DNA of 64,000 bases from Candidatus Pacearchaeota archaeon (GTDB taxonomy: Archaea; Nanobdellota; Nanobdellia; Pacearchaeales; UBA284), in contig JAVZYK010000001.1 in assembly GCA_038886195.1 (NCBI GenBank), forward strand, positions 163,456 to 227,455. Reading direction: 5' to 3'. Made by a program: the position numbers and the translations under genes. The notes beneath the pieces were generated by a model. That model worked only from the letters and a program-made list of their open reading frames with translations, made no database searches and was not told where the DNA came from. Shown here piece by piece: positions 28,263 through 38,961 of the stretch (its first letter is position 1; each line of letters opens with the position of its first letter).

Positions 28263-30740
28263 TCAACTACAAGGACTCCAGCCACATTCTGGGCATTTGC
28301 CCTCTCTACAACCTTCTGCTGGAATTAGAATCCCTTTACCGCATTGTTTACATACACCACCTTTTTTGCCTTCTTTTAAATAAAAAAGATTTTCTTTAAC
28401 AATTTTTTCTAGTTGTTCATTTTTTCCATTTTGAGCTAAAAATTTTTCTAAAGTTATTGCGATTGCGTCAGGACAAGATAGAACTTGTTGCTCTCCTTTA
28501 ATATACGGTCTATTACACCTTATCCCTCGAAGTTGTTCTATTATTTTTATAGGATCTATGTTTGCTCTCAATATTGTTGAAGCTAAACGACAGAGTCCTT
28601 CGGTTTGTGCAAGCAAACAACCCCCGGCTTTTCCTATGCTAGCAAAAATTTCGCGAGGATATTTCTTTGAATTTTTTTCTTCATAGGAAATATTAATATA
28701 GATAGTTCCACATCCAGTTTTTTCTTTATATCTTATTGCAGGAAGCATTTCTGGTAATTTGCGCATTTCAACAAATTCTTTTTCTTGTTCTTTTAATTTT
28801 GATTCTAAGACTTGTTTCTCTCTGCTTCCATCTCTATAAACCGTAATGCCTTTGCATCCTAGCTTGTAGGCTAAAAGATACGCTTTTTTTACATCTTCTA
28901 CTGTAGCATTGTAAGGCAAGTTTATTGTTTTACTTACTGCATTGTCAGTATATTTTTGAAATGCCGCTTGCATTTTGACATGCCATTCTGGCGCGATATC
29001 TCGAGCAGTAACAAAAATTCTTTTTATATTTTCTGGAACTTCATCTATGCCTTTTAAACTGCCATTATTTTTTTCAATTTTTTCAATTATAGTTTTATAA
29101 TCTATACCTATTTCTTCAAGAGCTTTTTCAAGTTCGTTTACAACGAATTTTCTTTTTTGACCATCTGCATCAGTGTGAGTATAAATTAAACCAAAATAAG
29201 GTTCAATGCCGCCGGAAGCTCCTGCGATTATTCCAATTGTGCCTGTTGGAGCAATTGTTGTTGTAGTAGCGTTTCTAATTGGTTCTTTATAGATACTATA
29301 TTCTATCGCTGGAAAAGGCCCTCTTTCTTGAGCTAATTTTTTGGATTCGTCTTTTGAAATTCTATTTATAAAATCCATCACTTCTTCTGCAAGTTTTAGA
29401 GCTTCATCTGAATCATATGGTATTCTTAATTTAACAAGCATGTCTGCCCAACCCATAATTCCTAAACCTATTTTTCTTGTTTTACGAACCATTTCATCGA
29501 TTTGTTTTATTGGATAATTCGACATGTCTATAACATTGTCGAGAAAATGAGTGGCTCTTCTTACAATTTCTTCCAATCTTTCATAATTAACTTTGCGATC
29601 TTTTACCATCAATCCTAAATTTATTGATCCAAGATTACAAGCTTCATATGGCAACAATGGTTGTTCTCCACAAGGATTGGTTGATTCAATTTTACCCAAA
29701 CCCGGAACTGTATTGTATTTGTTTATAGTATCTATAAATAAAACTCCTGGCTCTCCATTTCGCCAAGCCGATTGGGCTATAATATCAAACACTTCTCTTG
29801 CTTTTAATTGAATTTCTCCTTTTTCATTTACTCGACATTCTAGATTACTATTAGTTTCTATAACTTTTCCATTAACTATTTTAAAATTCAATTCATCTTC
29901 TCGAATCAATCCTTCTTCTACACTTTTTAGATCATTTTTTATATCTTCAATAGTGAAAGGATATATTTCTCCTTTAAATCTATTATATAGAGTAAAATAC
30001 TCATCTTTTTCTAAAGCTTCCATAAATTTATCGGTCAACAGAACTGAAAAATTAAAGCTTGGAAAAGAACCTTCTTCAGTTTTAGCTAAAATAAATTCTA
30101 AAGAATCTGGATGATCGACAATCATGCAACCCATGTTCGCTCCTCTTCTGAAACCTCCTTGATTGATAGAATTAGTTATAGCAGCGTAAGCTCCTATAAA
30201 AGAAACAGGTCCAGAGGCTTTGCCATAAGTAGTTGAAACAAAATGATTTTTTCTTCTAATATTAGAAAAACTAAATCCAGTGCCGCCGCCACTTTTATGT
30301 ATGGTGCCAGCATTGGCTATTTGTGTTAAAATTCCGTTAGGGCCATTCATATCGTCGTCTATAGGTAATACAAAACATGCGGCTAGTTGTTGCATTTCTC
30401 TACCAGCATTCATTAAAGTTGGAGAATTAGGAACAAATTCTCTTTTAATCAACATTTCATAAAATTCTTCACCAGTTTTTTCAAAAGCTGTTTCTCCTCT
30501 ATAACAAAGATCAGGATACGCTATATTTGCAGCAACTCTCGCCATCAATCCTTTTACATCTTCAAGAGCAATCCCCTTTTCATCTTTCATAAAATATCTT
30601 TTTTTTAAAATAGACAAGGCATTTTCTGTAAATTCTGGTTCATAATCTAAAGTTATTAATTTTTTTTCAAGCGCCGCCGTTTTAGTTTTATCATATTTAT
30701 CACACAATCTATAAATTACAAAATTTAATTTCTGTTCCAT
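28263..30740 (-). CDS. nrdJ: Class II adenosylcobalamin-dependent ribonucleotide reductase
   Basis: Active-site region NPCGEQPLLPYEACNLGSINL and the glycine-rich GWADML region. A C-terminal Cys4 zinc ribbon, CKQCG...CPECG. 825 aa. Confidence 0.85.
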   Translation of the reverse strand: MEQKLNFVIYRLCDKYDKTKTAALEKKLITLDYEPEFTENALSILKKRYFMKDEKGIALEDVKGLMARVAANIAYPDLCYRGETAFEKTGEEFYEMLIKREFVPNSPTLMNAGREMQQLAACFVLPIDDDMNGPNGILTQIANAGTIHKSGGGTGFSFSNIRRKNHFVSTTYGKASGPVSFIGAYAAITNSINQGGFRRGANMGCMIVDHPDSLEFILAKTEEGSFPSFNFSVLLTDKFMEALEKDEYFTLYNRFKGEIYPFTIEDIKNDLKSVEEGLIREDELNFKIVNGKVIETNSNLECRVNEKGEIQLKAREVFDIIAQSAWRNGEPGVLFIDTINKYNTVPGLGKIESTNPCGEQPLLPYEACNLGSINLGLMVKDRKVNYERLEEIVRRATHFLDNVIDMSNYPIKQIDEMVRKTRKIGLGIMGWADMLVKLRIPYDSDEALKLAEEVMDFINRISKDESKKLAQERGPFPAIEYSIYKEPIRNATTTTIAPTGTIGIIAGASGGIEPYFGLIYTHTDADGQKRKFVVNELEKALEEIGIDYKTIIEKIEKNNGSLKGIDEVPENIKRIFVTARDIAPEWHVKMQAAFQKYTDNAVSKTINLPYNATVEDVKKAYLLAYKLGCKGITVYRDGSREKQVLESKLKEQEKEFVEMRKLPEMLPAIRYKEKTGCGTIYINISYEEKNSKKYPREIFASIGKAGGCLLAQTEGLCRLASTILRANIDPIKIIEQLRGIRCNRPYIKGEQQVLSCPDAIAITLEKFLAQNGKNEQLEKIVKENLFYLKEGKKGGVCKQCGKGILIPAEGCREGKCPECGWSPCS

Positions 30741-30789
30741 TTTTTTTATTTTTTTTATGTTTTTTATTTTTTATGTAAATTATTTAAAT

Positions 30790-31272
30790 TTAACTTATTT
30801 CTTTTATAGTTTTCCTAAAATCTGAAACGTCTTGAAATTCGCGGTAAACTGAAGCGAAACGAACATAAGCAACTTTATCTAATTTTTTTAAAGCTTGCAT
30901 AACGAGCTCTCCTATGAATTTGGAAGGCACTTCTGGGCCATAGGCTCTAATCTTTGATTCAATATCATTAACTATTTTATCTATTGCTTCTTGACTTATC
31001 GGTCTTTTTTCACAAGCTTTCATAATTCCTGCCGCAAGTTTTTCTCTAGAAAAAGGTTCTCGCCGTTTATCTTTTTTAATGACGCGAACGTTTGTCTCTA
31101 CGCGCTCATATGTAGTGAATCTTTTTTTACATTTTTTATTAAGACATTCTCTTCTGCGTCTAGTAATGTTTTGAGTATCTCTTTTATCTATCACTCTTGT
31201 TTCGCTATTGCAATAAGGACACCTCATTTTTTTAATCACAACATGTTGTATTTTTAATTTCAATGACAACAA
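30790..31272 (-). CDS. nrdR: Transcriptional repressor NrdR (zinc ribbon plus ATP-cone)
   Basis: [17 protein letters not shown]...[22 protein letters not shown], then an ATP-cone, [16 protein letters not shown].... It lies immediately upstream of nrdJ. Confidence 0.85.
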   Translation of the reverse strand: MLSLKLKIQHVVIKKMRCPYCNSETRVIDKRDTQNITRRRRECLNKKCKKRFTTYERVETNVRVIKKDKRREPFSREKLAAGIMKACEKRPISQEAIDKIVNDIESKIRAYGPEVPSKFIGELVMQALKKLDKVAYVRFASVYREFQDVSDFRKTIKEIS

Positions 31273-31342
31273 TATATTGTTAATTATTTATAAATATTAT
31301 TGTTATGAAATATAGGTTTATAAAAATTTCCTTTAGAAATGA

Positions 31343-32002
31343 CTATTCAGTTATTATATAAACACGATTTTTTCCTAAAGCTTTGGCTTTGTAAAGCGCC
31401 ATATCTGCAAGATGTAACATATGATGAATTCCTTTTTTTGTTAATTGAGAAACCCCGGCACTTATCGTTACTTTATCGTATCCTTTTTCTAAATCTTTGG
31501 AAACTGCGGGAATTTTTATTTCTGATATTCTCTTTCTTATTCTTTCTGCCACTTCTTTTGCTTTTTCTATATCTGTATCGGGAAGTACAATAATAAATTC
31601 TTCACCTCCATAGCGAGCAACAAAATCTTCCTTGCGAGTTAATTTCTGTACTTCTTTAGTAACTGTCTTTAATGCCATATCTCCCTGAAGATGGCCAAAT
31701 CGATCGTTATATTGTTTAAAATTATCGATATCGAATAAGATGACTGAAAGGGGCAAGCCGTGTCTTATTGCTCGTTCCATTTCGTGGCTTAGCAATTCAT
31801 CAAGAATGCGACGATTAAAAACACCAGTTAGATGATCTCTAGTAGCAAACAAATAAAGTTCATTGAATAATCTTTCTAAGACCGTTGACTTTGGCCGGGG
31901 TTTTTTTATTTCTGTTTTAATTTCTTTTGATAATTGATATAAAGTATCAAACCTCTTTTCTTTATTCCTATTATCTTTTTTTATTTCTTTCTTATTCATC
32001 AT
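31343..32002 (-). CDS. Stand-alone GGDEF-domain diguanylate cyclase with an intact I-site
   Basis: RDHLTGVFNRR...ILFDIDNFKQYNDRFGH..GD...RKEDFVARYGGEEFIIVLPD...ADMALYKAKALGKNRV. The active-site GGEEF sits five residues after RKED, an RxxD I-site. A 50-aa K-rich N-terminal leader and no sensor domain. Confidence 0.8.
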   Translation of the reverse strand: MMNKKEIKKDNRNKEKRFDTLYQLSKEIKTEIKKPRPKSTVLERLFNELYLFATRDHLTGVFNRRILDELLSHEMERAIRHGLPLSVILFDIDNFKQYNDRFGHLQGDMALKTVTKEVQKLTRKEDFVARYGGEEFIIVLPDTDIEKAKEVAERIRKRISEIKIPAVSKDLEKGYDKVTISAGVSQLTKKGIHHMLHLADMALYKAKALGKNRVYIITE

Positions 32003-32015
32003 CTTTTATCTATTT

Positions 32016-34652
32016 TTAATCGTTTTTATATTTTATATTTTTATATATTTCAAAAACAACAAGACCTAAAATAGCCAGTAAAAAGGTCATTAATAATTCT
32101 TCTGACTTTAAAGGAATAAGCTTAAAGATTAGATTTAAAGGACTATAAATTATTATTAAATGAAGTGCTATTGAAGCAATTACAGCAATTATGAGATATT
32201 TATTAGAAAAAAAACCTATTTTTTGTAATGGTTTATTTGAACGACATGTAAAGACAAAGAACATTTGGAATAAAATAGATACAGTTAAAACAATCGTTCT
32301 CGTTTTATCAATTTCAAACTTTGAAAGGCCAATATAAAAAGCAATGAGCTCTATACCAAATGCCAAAATGCCAGCCATCAATATGAAAGTTAACATTCCT
32401 TCTAGAATGTTTTTTTCTTTAAGCGGTTTTCTTTTCATAACATTTTCGCCTTTTTCTATACTTAGTGCCAAAGCAGGAATGCTATCGGTAATAAGGTTCA
32501 TCCATAAAATTTGTAATGGCAATAGAGGCAAAGGCAATTTAAGCAAAATAGAATACAGAATTAAAAATATTTCAGAAAAATTAACGCTAAGAAGAAATTT
32601 AGTAAATTTTTTTGTGTTATCATAAACGATGCGGCCTTCTTCTATTGCTTTTACTATTGAAGCAAAATTATCATCCATAAGAACTATATCGGCAACGTCC
32701 CGAGTTACATCTGTTCCGCGAATGCCCATTGCTATTCCGATATCTGCTTTTTTCAAAGCGGGCGCATCATTAATACCATCACCTGTAACTGCAACTATCT
32801 CGCCTTGTTCTTTAAGCAAGGTTACAATCCTTAATTTTTGTTCTGGAGATGTTCTGGCAAAAATTACAGTTTCTTTTAATTTGGCTTTTAGTTCTTCATC
32901 GCTCAACATTTCTATTTCTTTACCATTCATTGCTTCTCCTACTAGGCCTATTTTTTTAGCCACTGCTTTTGCGGTCAATAAAGAATCTCCAGTAATCATT
33001 TTTACTTCTATACCTGCTTCTTTACATATTTTGATTGCATCTTTAACTTCGGGTCTTGGAGGATCGAGCATGCCTTGTAATCCTACAAAAACTAAATTAG
33101 TTTCGGCTTCTTTTTGATTGACTTTTTCTATTTTTTTAAAGGCAAATCCTAAAACTCTCAAGCCTTGTTCTGCAAGTTCTTCATAAACTTTTAAAAGCTC
33201 CTGTTTTCTTTTTTCATTAAGCAATAAATATTTTCCTTCTACGAATTCATATTTACATCTTTCTATTATTGTTTCAGGAGCTCCTTTTACATAACTATAC
33301 AATTCAGAATTGCTTTTTCTTACAATAGACATCATCTTTCTTGCAGAAGTAAATGTAAATTCTTTAACTCGCAATTCATTTTTTGTTAATTCCTCTTTAT
33401 TTAAACCACAAAAAATCGCAGCTCTCAATAAAGCTTGTTCTGTAGGATCGCCAAAATAAATTGTTTTGCCGTCAAGTTTCTCTGCTCTAGCATTATTACA
33501 TAGACAATTTATTTTTAATAACATAGAAGCAGTTTCGTTCTTTTTCACATCATCACGAGCTTGATGGAGCTCTTGAATTTTATTGTTATAAAATAATTTT
33601 ACCACCTCTATTTTTTCTTCTGTCATTGTTCCTGTTTTGTCAGAACAAATCACTGTTACTCTGCCCAAAGTTTCAGCTGCTGGCAGTTTTCTTATCAAGC
33701 TATTGGCTTTGAACATTCTTTGAACAGCCAAAGCTAAACAAATAGTTATAACTGCCGGCAATCCTTCAGGTACTGCCGACACTGCCAAACTTATTGCAGT
33801 AAGCATTGCTTCTATTCTATCTAAACCAAAATAAATTCCAAGAATTGCGATAATAAAACAAAGAGCCATAATAATAATGCCTAATTTTATAGCAAAACTA
33901 TCAATTGTCTTTTGCAAAGGTGCTTTTTCTTGTTTTGTTTTTTGAATAAGAGAAGCAATTTTACCGAATTCTGTATTCATTCCTGTTGCTACAACGATGG
34001 CTTTACAAGAACCTCTTACTACTGTGGTGCCAGAGTAGATCATATTTTGTCTTTCTGCAATAACTGTTTCTGGTTTGATTTTTTTGGCAAATTTATCAAC
34101 AGGCGCGCTTTCTCCAGTTAAAATAGCTTCATTACACTGAAGTTCGTGGCTTTCTATTATTCTGGCGTCTGCCATTATCTTGTCTCCTTCTTCTAGTATG
34201 AGAATATCTCCTGGAACGATTTCTGTAGCTGAAATTTCATAAAGAATGTTTTTTCTTAATACTCTTGCTTTAGGCACTAAAGATTTTTTTAGATTTTGAA
34301 TTGCTTTTTCTGCCTTATAATTTTGAATAAAACCAATAAAAGCATTTAATACAACGATAGCCAAAATAGCATAAAAATCAAGCAAATGAGCTGCCAGTAA
34401 GGAAATTATTGCTGCTATTAAAAGCAAATAAATAAAAAATGAATTAAATTGTGAAAGCAAGATTATAATGGGCCTTATTTTATGTCTTTCTTTTATTTCG
34501 TTTTTGCCATATATTTTTAGCCTTTCTTGCACTTCTTCTACATTAAGACCTTCTTTGGTTGAATTTAATTGTTTTAATACTTCCTCTTCTTCAAGGGCAT
34601 GCCACTCTATTACAGAATTTTTATTTTTTAATTTATTATCCTCTTTTTTCAT
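32016..34652 (-). CDS. P-type cation-transporting ATPase (P2-type, Ca2+/Mg2+-like)
   Basis: Phosphorylation motif ICSDKTGTMT, hinge motif TGDGINDAPALKKADIGIAMG, TGES-like TGESAPV, and 10 predicted TM helices. 878 aa. Confidence 0.85.
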   Translation of the reverse strand: MKKEDNKLKNKNSVIEWHALEEEEVLKQLNSTKEGLNVEEVQERLKIYGKNEIKERHKIRPIIILLSQFNSFFIYLLLIAAIISLLAAHLLDFYAILAIVVLNAFIGFIQNYKAEKAIQNLKKSLVPKARVLRKNILYEISATEIVPGDILILEEGDKIMADARIIESHELQCNEAILTGESAPVDKFAKKIKPETVIAERQNMIYSGTTVVRGSCKAIVVATGMNTEFGKIASLIQKTKQEKAPLQKTIDSFAIKLGIIIMALCFIIAILGIYFGLDRIEAMLTAISLAVSAVPEGLPAVITICLALAVQRMFKANSLIRKLPAAETLGRVTVICSDKTGTMTEEKIEVVKLFYNNKIQELHQARDDVKKNETASMLLKINCLCNNARAEKLDGKTIYFGDPTEQALLRAAIFCGLNKEELTKNELRVKEFTFTSARKMMSIVRKSNSELYSYVKGAPETIIERCKYEFVEGKYLLLNEKRKQELLKVYEELAEQGLRVLGFAFKKIEKVNQKEAETNLVFVGLQGMLDPPRPEVKDAIKICKEAGIEVKMITGDSLLTAKAVAKKIGLVGEAMNGKEIEMLSDEELKAKLKETVIFARTSPEQKLRIVTLLKEQGEIVAVTGDGINDAPALKKADIGIAMGIRGTDVTRDVADIVLMDDNFASIVKAIEEGRIVYDNTKKFTKFLLSVNFSEIFLILYSILLKLPLPLLPLQILWMNLITDSIPALALSIEKGENVMKRKPLKEKNILEGMLTFILMAGILAFGIELIAFYIGLSKFEIDKTRTIVLTVSILFQMFFVFTCRSNKPLQKIGFFSNKYLIIAVIASIALHLIIIYSPLNLIFKLIPLKSEELLMTFLLAILGLVVFEIYKNIKYKND

Positions 34653-34753
34653 AAGAATGAAAAGAAAAAGGCATATTAAAAACTTACTAAAAGAGAAAAT
34701 ATTTTAAGTATGGTTTTTCTTAGTTAAAATGTAAAAAGAGGCAAGATTATAGA

Positions 34754-36475
34754 ATGGATTTTTTAAACATAACCAGCAATGCAATTTTGGAGTTTCAGAA
34801 ATCAATTAGCCATATATATTTAGATAGTTCCATTTTATTAAGCGTTTCTTTTGTCGTTATAGTGGCAGCCATTTTGGCTTTAATATCTAAATTGCTTAAA
34901 CAAGAGTTCATTCTTGCCTATATTGTTGCTGGCATTGTTATTGGGCCTTTAGCTTTAGGATTAATTAAAGATAAAGTGATGATTAATGGTTTTGCTGAAA
35001 TTGGCATAACTTTTTTGCTTTTTACAGTCGGTTTGGAAATGAATTACAAAAAACTTAAAGAAAGCTTAGGAATTTCTGCAGTTGCTGGTATAATTCAAGT
35101 TGTAACCGTAGCTTTAGTGAGTTTTTTTATTCTTATCGCTTTTGCTTTTTCAAAAACAGAGGCGCTTTGGCTAGGAATTGCAATAGCCTTTAGTTCTACA
35201 ATTGTAGTTACAAAAATCCTTGCTGATAAAAATGAATTAAATACATTGCACGCCAGATTCATTATTGGCATTATGCTTGTACAAGACTTGCTTGCCATAA
35301 TTGCCTTGGCTATTTTAACAAAGGAATTTTCTATTTTATTTGTATTTTATACTTTAATAAAAATATTTATTCTTTTATTAGCCGCTTTTCTTGCAGTTTT
35401 TATTGCCAAAGGCATATTTGAAAAGGCTTCTTCATCAGTAGAGCTTTTATTCATAATTTCATTGGCCTTCTTATTCATCTTCGTTCTTATTACTTATTTT
35501 CTTAATTTTTCAATAGCCATAGGAGCTTTTGTTGCCGGCATAATTCTTGCTAATACGCCCTATAAACTTGAGATAGAAACAAGAACCAAAGCCTTGAGAG
35601 ATTTTTTTTCAGTAATGTTTTTTGTTTCAATAGGCATGATGTTAACAAGTATTAATCAAAGTATTTTGCTGCCTTTGATTCCCATTCTTTTTGTTTTAAT
35701 AATTATTGAACCTTTAGTTACTGCTTTAATTTTAAGATTTAAGGGATATAAAGCTAAAACATGTTTAGATATTGGTTTTTCTTTTGCTCAACTCAGCGAA
35801 TTTACTTTAATTTTAATGCTTACTGCTCTAAGTTTAGGCATAATAACACAGCGCGCTTTTGATTTAATTGTTTTAACTGCAATAATTTCCATTGCTATAA
35901 CTCCTTATACAATGAAGCTAAGCAAACCTTTCTACAAGTTATTTAACTTTATAGATAAATTTCCCACTACAAAAGAAGAAAAGAACTATAATTTAGGAAA
36001 GAAAACAATTTTACTTTTGGGTTGTCATAGAATGGGTTCTGTTTTCCTCAAAAATCTTGACAAATATAAAGAAAAATTGCTTGTGGTTGATTTCAACCCA
36101 GAAATTGTAAGTGCTCTGGCAAGACAAAAAATATCTTGTGTTTATGGAGATGTTAGCAATGTTGAATTTATGAATTCCTTGCCTTTAAATGAGATTAAAG
36201 TTGCAATATCTACAATTCCTAAAAAAGAAATTAACGCTTTATTAATTAAAAATCTTAAAGCAAGAAACAAAAATGTCTTTATTAGCGTAGTGGCTGAAAA
36301 AATTCATGATGCTTTAGAACTATATGATTTGGGAGCAGATTATGTAATTTTGCCTTTAATAACTGGCGCAGAGCACAGCCTTGAGTTAATTAAAAAAATG
36401 AACAAACAGGAATTTAAAAAATTCAGAGAACAGCAGATAAAATATTTAGAAGAACTGCATAGAACTCTTTATTAA
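34754..36475 (+). CDS. Kef-type monovalent cation:proton antiporter (CPA2) with C-terminal TrkA-N/RCK domain
   Basis: About 12 TM helices in the N-terminal 400 aa. Then a Rossmann RCK, ILLLGCHRMGSVFLKNL...VVDFNPE. Confidence 0.7.
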   Translation: MDFLNITSNAILEFQKSISHIYLDSSILLSVSFVVIVAAILALISKLLKQEFILAYIVAGIVIGPLALGLIKDKVMINGFAEIGITFLLFTVGLEMNYKKLKESLGISAVAGIIQVVTVALVSFFILIAFAFSKTEALWLGIAIAFSSTIVVTKILADKNELNTLHARFIIGIMLVQDLLAIIALAILTKEFSILFVFYTLIKIFILLLAAFLAVFIAKGIFEKASSSVELLFIISLAFLFIFVLITYFLNFSIAIGAFVAGIILANTPYKLEIETRTKALRDFFSVMFFVSIGMMLTSINQSILLPLIPILFVLIIIEPLVTALILRFKGYKAKTCLDIGFSFAQLSEFTLILMLTALSLGIITQRAFDLIVLTAIISIAITPYTMKLSKPFYKLFNFIDKFPTTKEEKNYNLGKKTILLLGCHRMGSVFLKNLDKYKEKLLVVDFNPEIVSALARQKISCVYGDVSNVEFMNSLPLNEIKVAISTIPKKEINALLIKNLKARNKNVFISVVAEKIHDALELYDLGADYVILPLITGAEHSLELIKKMNKQEFKKFREQQIKYLEELHRTLY

Positions 36476-37770
36476 ATTGCTTTTATCTCCTTTATTCCCA
36501 TTTCTTTCAGCTGTACCCTTGATATTGACTTGAGCAATCGTTGTATATTATAAATTTCACGCTTCGCTTTTGCAAACAAACGATTGTTCTTGACAAAAGC
36601 TTTGGGCCATCTTTTTTTGAAAGCTTTGATATATTTTTCTTCTACGGTTAAAGGGGGACCTTTCACAACATATTCTTTAGGGGGTTCTTTTAGTATAAAA
36701 TAGAATGTTGCTTCGAGAGTTTTTTCATTAAAGTCAAACTCGCCTCGCAAAACTTTAAAACCATTCTTTTTCATCAAGAAATACAAGAATTCATAAAGTT
36801 TTTTGAGTTTTGCACCAGCAACATCAATTTTATTTTTAAAACTTAAAGCTTTCAATATAATTAATTTTGATTCCATTTTTTTTGCTTGCAATTTTAATTT
36901 ATCTACATCAACTTTTTCTTTGAAAAAGTAGGATTCTGATGGATGATTAAGAAACTTTTTTACTTTTTCAATAAATTTCTTTAATGTTTCGAAACTTAAT
37001 GCTGCAGTAACGTTCCTTTCTTTTTGAACAGGATCAACAAGAATTATCGGTGAATAAAGTTTGGCTTCATTCATCTCTCCGAGAAGTTGCGATTTTGACT
37101 TATAATGATGTTCCGGATCGATAATTATTCTAGTTTCTAAACTTGTAGGAAGTTTCCATTTAGAAACTGCTTTTAGAAATTTTAAAAAAGAACCATAATA
37201 AGAAACAAGAACTTCAAGAGCATAGCCGCTAAAGCCTCTGATGTAGCTTTCTGCACCATAACAATCTGCAGCATAACAAAATGCTTTGGCAAGTTTTATT
37301 TCATCTGCAAGTTTCTTATCTTTCTTTATTTTGCTTAAAACATAAGAAACATGTAGTGGAGAAATGTCAGTGATATTTAAAGCCTGATTTGCTTTTTTTA
37401 TTGCTAAAATTGGAATAAGTTCAAGAGTTAGATTCTTGAACTTGACTTGGAAATAATTGCGTGAACCTTTTAATATTATGTATTTAATTTTTACTGAATT
37501 GAGTGCTTGTTCCAAGAAATTCGAAAGTTGATTTGATTTATTTTTAAATCTTGAATAAGGAAATAAGACGAAAATGTCAATATCATAGGTAACGTCTCTT
37601 TTAATTAGCGTTTGCTTTGCTAGAGAACCGCCAATGAATATTTTGGCTCCGTATTTTTTAAGTTTGGGTTTTAATTTCTTCTCGAATTCTAGAAGAGTTT
37701 TAGTTATGGCGATTTTTTCTTCCTGAAGTGGCGTTATTTTTTTTATGACTTTTGTTAATATTTCTTTCAT
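36472..37770 (-). CDS. cca: CCA-adding tRNA nucleotidyltransferase (archaeal class I)
   Basis: FIGGSLAKQTLIKRDVTYDIDIFVLFP matches the archaeal CCA enzyme GS-x9-DxD nucleotidyltransferase signature. 432 aa. Confidence 0.7.
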   Translation of the reverse strand: MKEILTKVIKKITPLQEEKIAITKTLLEFEKKLKPKLKKYGAKIFIGGSLAKQTLIKRDVTYDIDIFVLFPYSRFKNKSNQLSNFLEQALNSVKIKYIILKGSRNYFQVKFKNLTLELIPILAIKKANQALNITDISPLHVSYVLSKIKKDKKLADEIKLAKAFCYAADCYGAESYIRGFSGYALEVLVSYYGSFLKFLKAVSKWKLPTSLETRIIIDPEHHYKSKSQLLGEMNEAKLYSPIILVDPVQKERNVTAALSFETLKKFIEKVKKFLNHPSESYFFKEKVDVDKLKLQAKKMESKLIILKALSFKNKIDVAGAKLKKLYEFLYFLMKKNGFKVLRGEFDFNEKTLEATFYFILKEPPKEYVVKGPPLTVEEKYIKAFKKRWPKAFVKNNRLFAKAKREIYNIQRLLKSISRVQLKEMGIKEIKAI

Positions 37771-37865
37771 CTTACTCTCTTTTTCTTAGCCTAAGCAAAC
37801 CTTTTTAAATTTATAAATCTAACTTATTACAAAATAATCATGAATTAAAAAGAGGTTAGGAAAAA

Positions 37866-38951
37866 ATGTTGAAAATTGAAGAAGGAACAATAATGAGTTA
37901 TTGGTGTTTTGATGTAGGTAATGAAATAAAAATAGAAGAAATCGAAAAAGTTCTCGGGAAGAAAACTGAAAAAGTTCTATTAACTTATGAAAGACTTACT
38001 CCAGAGTATGTTCAGTACAAAACTCCTCCGCTATTTCTAAGAATGGGAAAGGAGAAAATAAATGGTAAAGACTGGGATGTTGATATTAAAATTTATGATT
38101 TTGGCGTTATTATTGTAAGGCCTTGGATCGCAGTTAAAGGTACGACTAAAGAAATCACTAAATTTCTTACTTTTTCTGAAGTAGAATTAAAGAAAAAAGT
38201 TTTTTCAATTTTATATAAAATACTTGAAGAAATTAAAAATCAAATAGAAAAACCTGTAATTGAAGTGGAGAAAAATTTTAGCAACTATAATATTTTTTTC
38301 ATACAAAAATTTGAGCGAATATGGAAACCTCAAGAACTTATAAAAAGATTTAGTGAGGATATTGCTCATTTAATTCGTTATGAAAATAAAAAATTAAGCG
38401 AAAATGAGGTAAAGGATATAATGAAAAATCCTTTATCCTATTACTCCGATGATTTAACAATTATAGATTTTTATTCTTCCTTGGTATATGACCCTAGAAG
38501 AAGCTATGATGTTCCTGATGTTCTTGAATATGCTATTATTGAATTAACTGAATTAAGAACTTATGACAATTTTTTAGATGAAGTTTTAGAAACGACTTAT
38601 GATGAACTAAACAAAAAAAGATTTTTTGCCGGCGGATCTATTATTAATAAACTTTCTCAAATTAAATTGGAAGTTTCAGAAGTTAAAGAAAAAGTTGAAA
38701 ATTTTATTAAACTAATAGATGATTCTTATCTCGGCAAAATTTATGTTGCTGCAAGCAATAAGTTTTATCTAGAAAAATGGAAGTCCAGTGTAAAAGAAAA
38801 ATTAGAATTATTAGATAATCTTTATACAAAGAGTTGGGAAAGATTACAAACAAGAAGAATGGTTGTGTTTGAAGCAGCAATAGTGATTTTATTTATTCTT
38901 GACATTATGTTAATTCTTTTAGAATTGTTCAGAAAAAAATTAGGACTTTAA
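37866..38951 (+). CDS. Hypothetical protein with a C-terminal TM helix
   Basis: 361 aa. The last ~35 aa are hydrophobic (VVFEAAIVILFILDIMLILLELF). Confidence 0.4.
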   Translation: MLKIEEGTIMSYWCFDVGNEIKIEEIEKVLGKKTEKVLLTYERLTPEYVQYKTPPLFLRMGKEKINGKDWDVDIKIYDFGVIIVRPWIAVKGTTKEITKFLTFSEVELKKKVFSILYKILEEIKNQIEKPVIEVEKNFSNYNIFFIQKFERIWKPQELIKRFSEDIAHLIRYENKKLSENEVKDIMKNPLSYYSDDLTIIDFYSSLVYDPRRSYDVPDVLEYAIIELTELRTYDNFLDEVLETTYDELNKKRFFAGGSIINKLSQIKLEVSEVKEKVENFIKLIDDSYLGKIYVAASNKFYLEKWKSSVKEKLELLDNLYTKSWERLQTRRMVVFEAAIVILFILDIMLILLELFRKKLGL

Positions 38952-38961
38952 ATATATTTTA

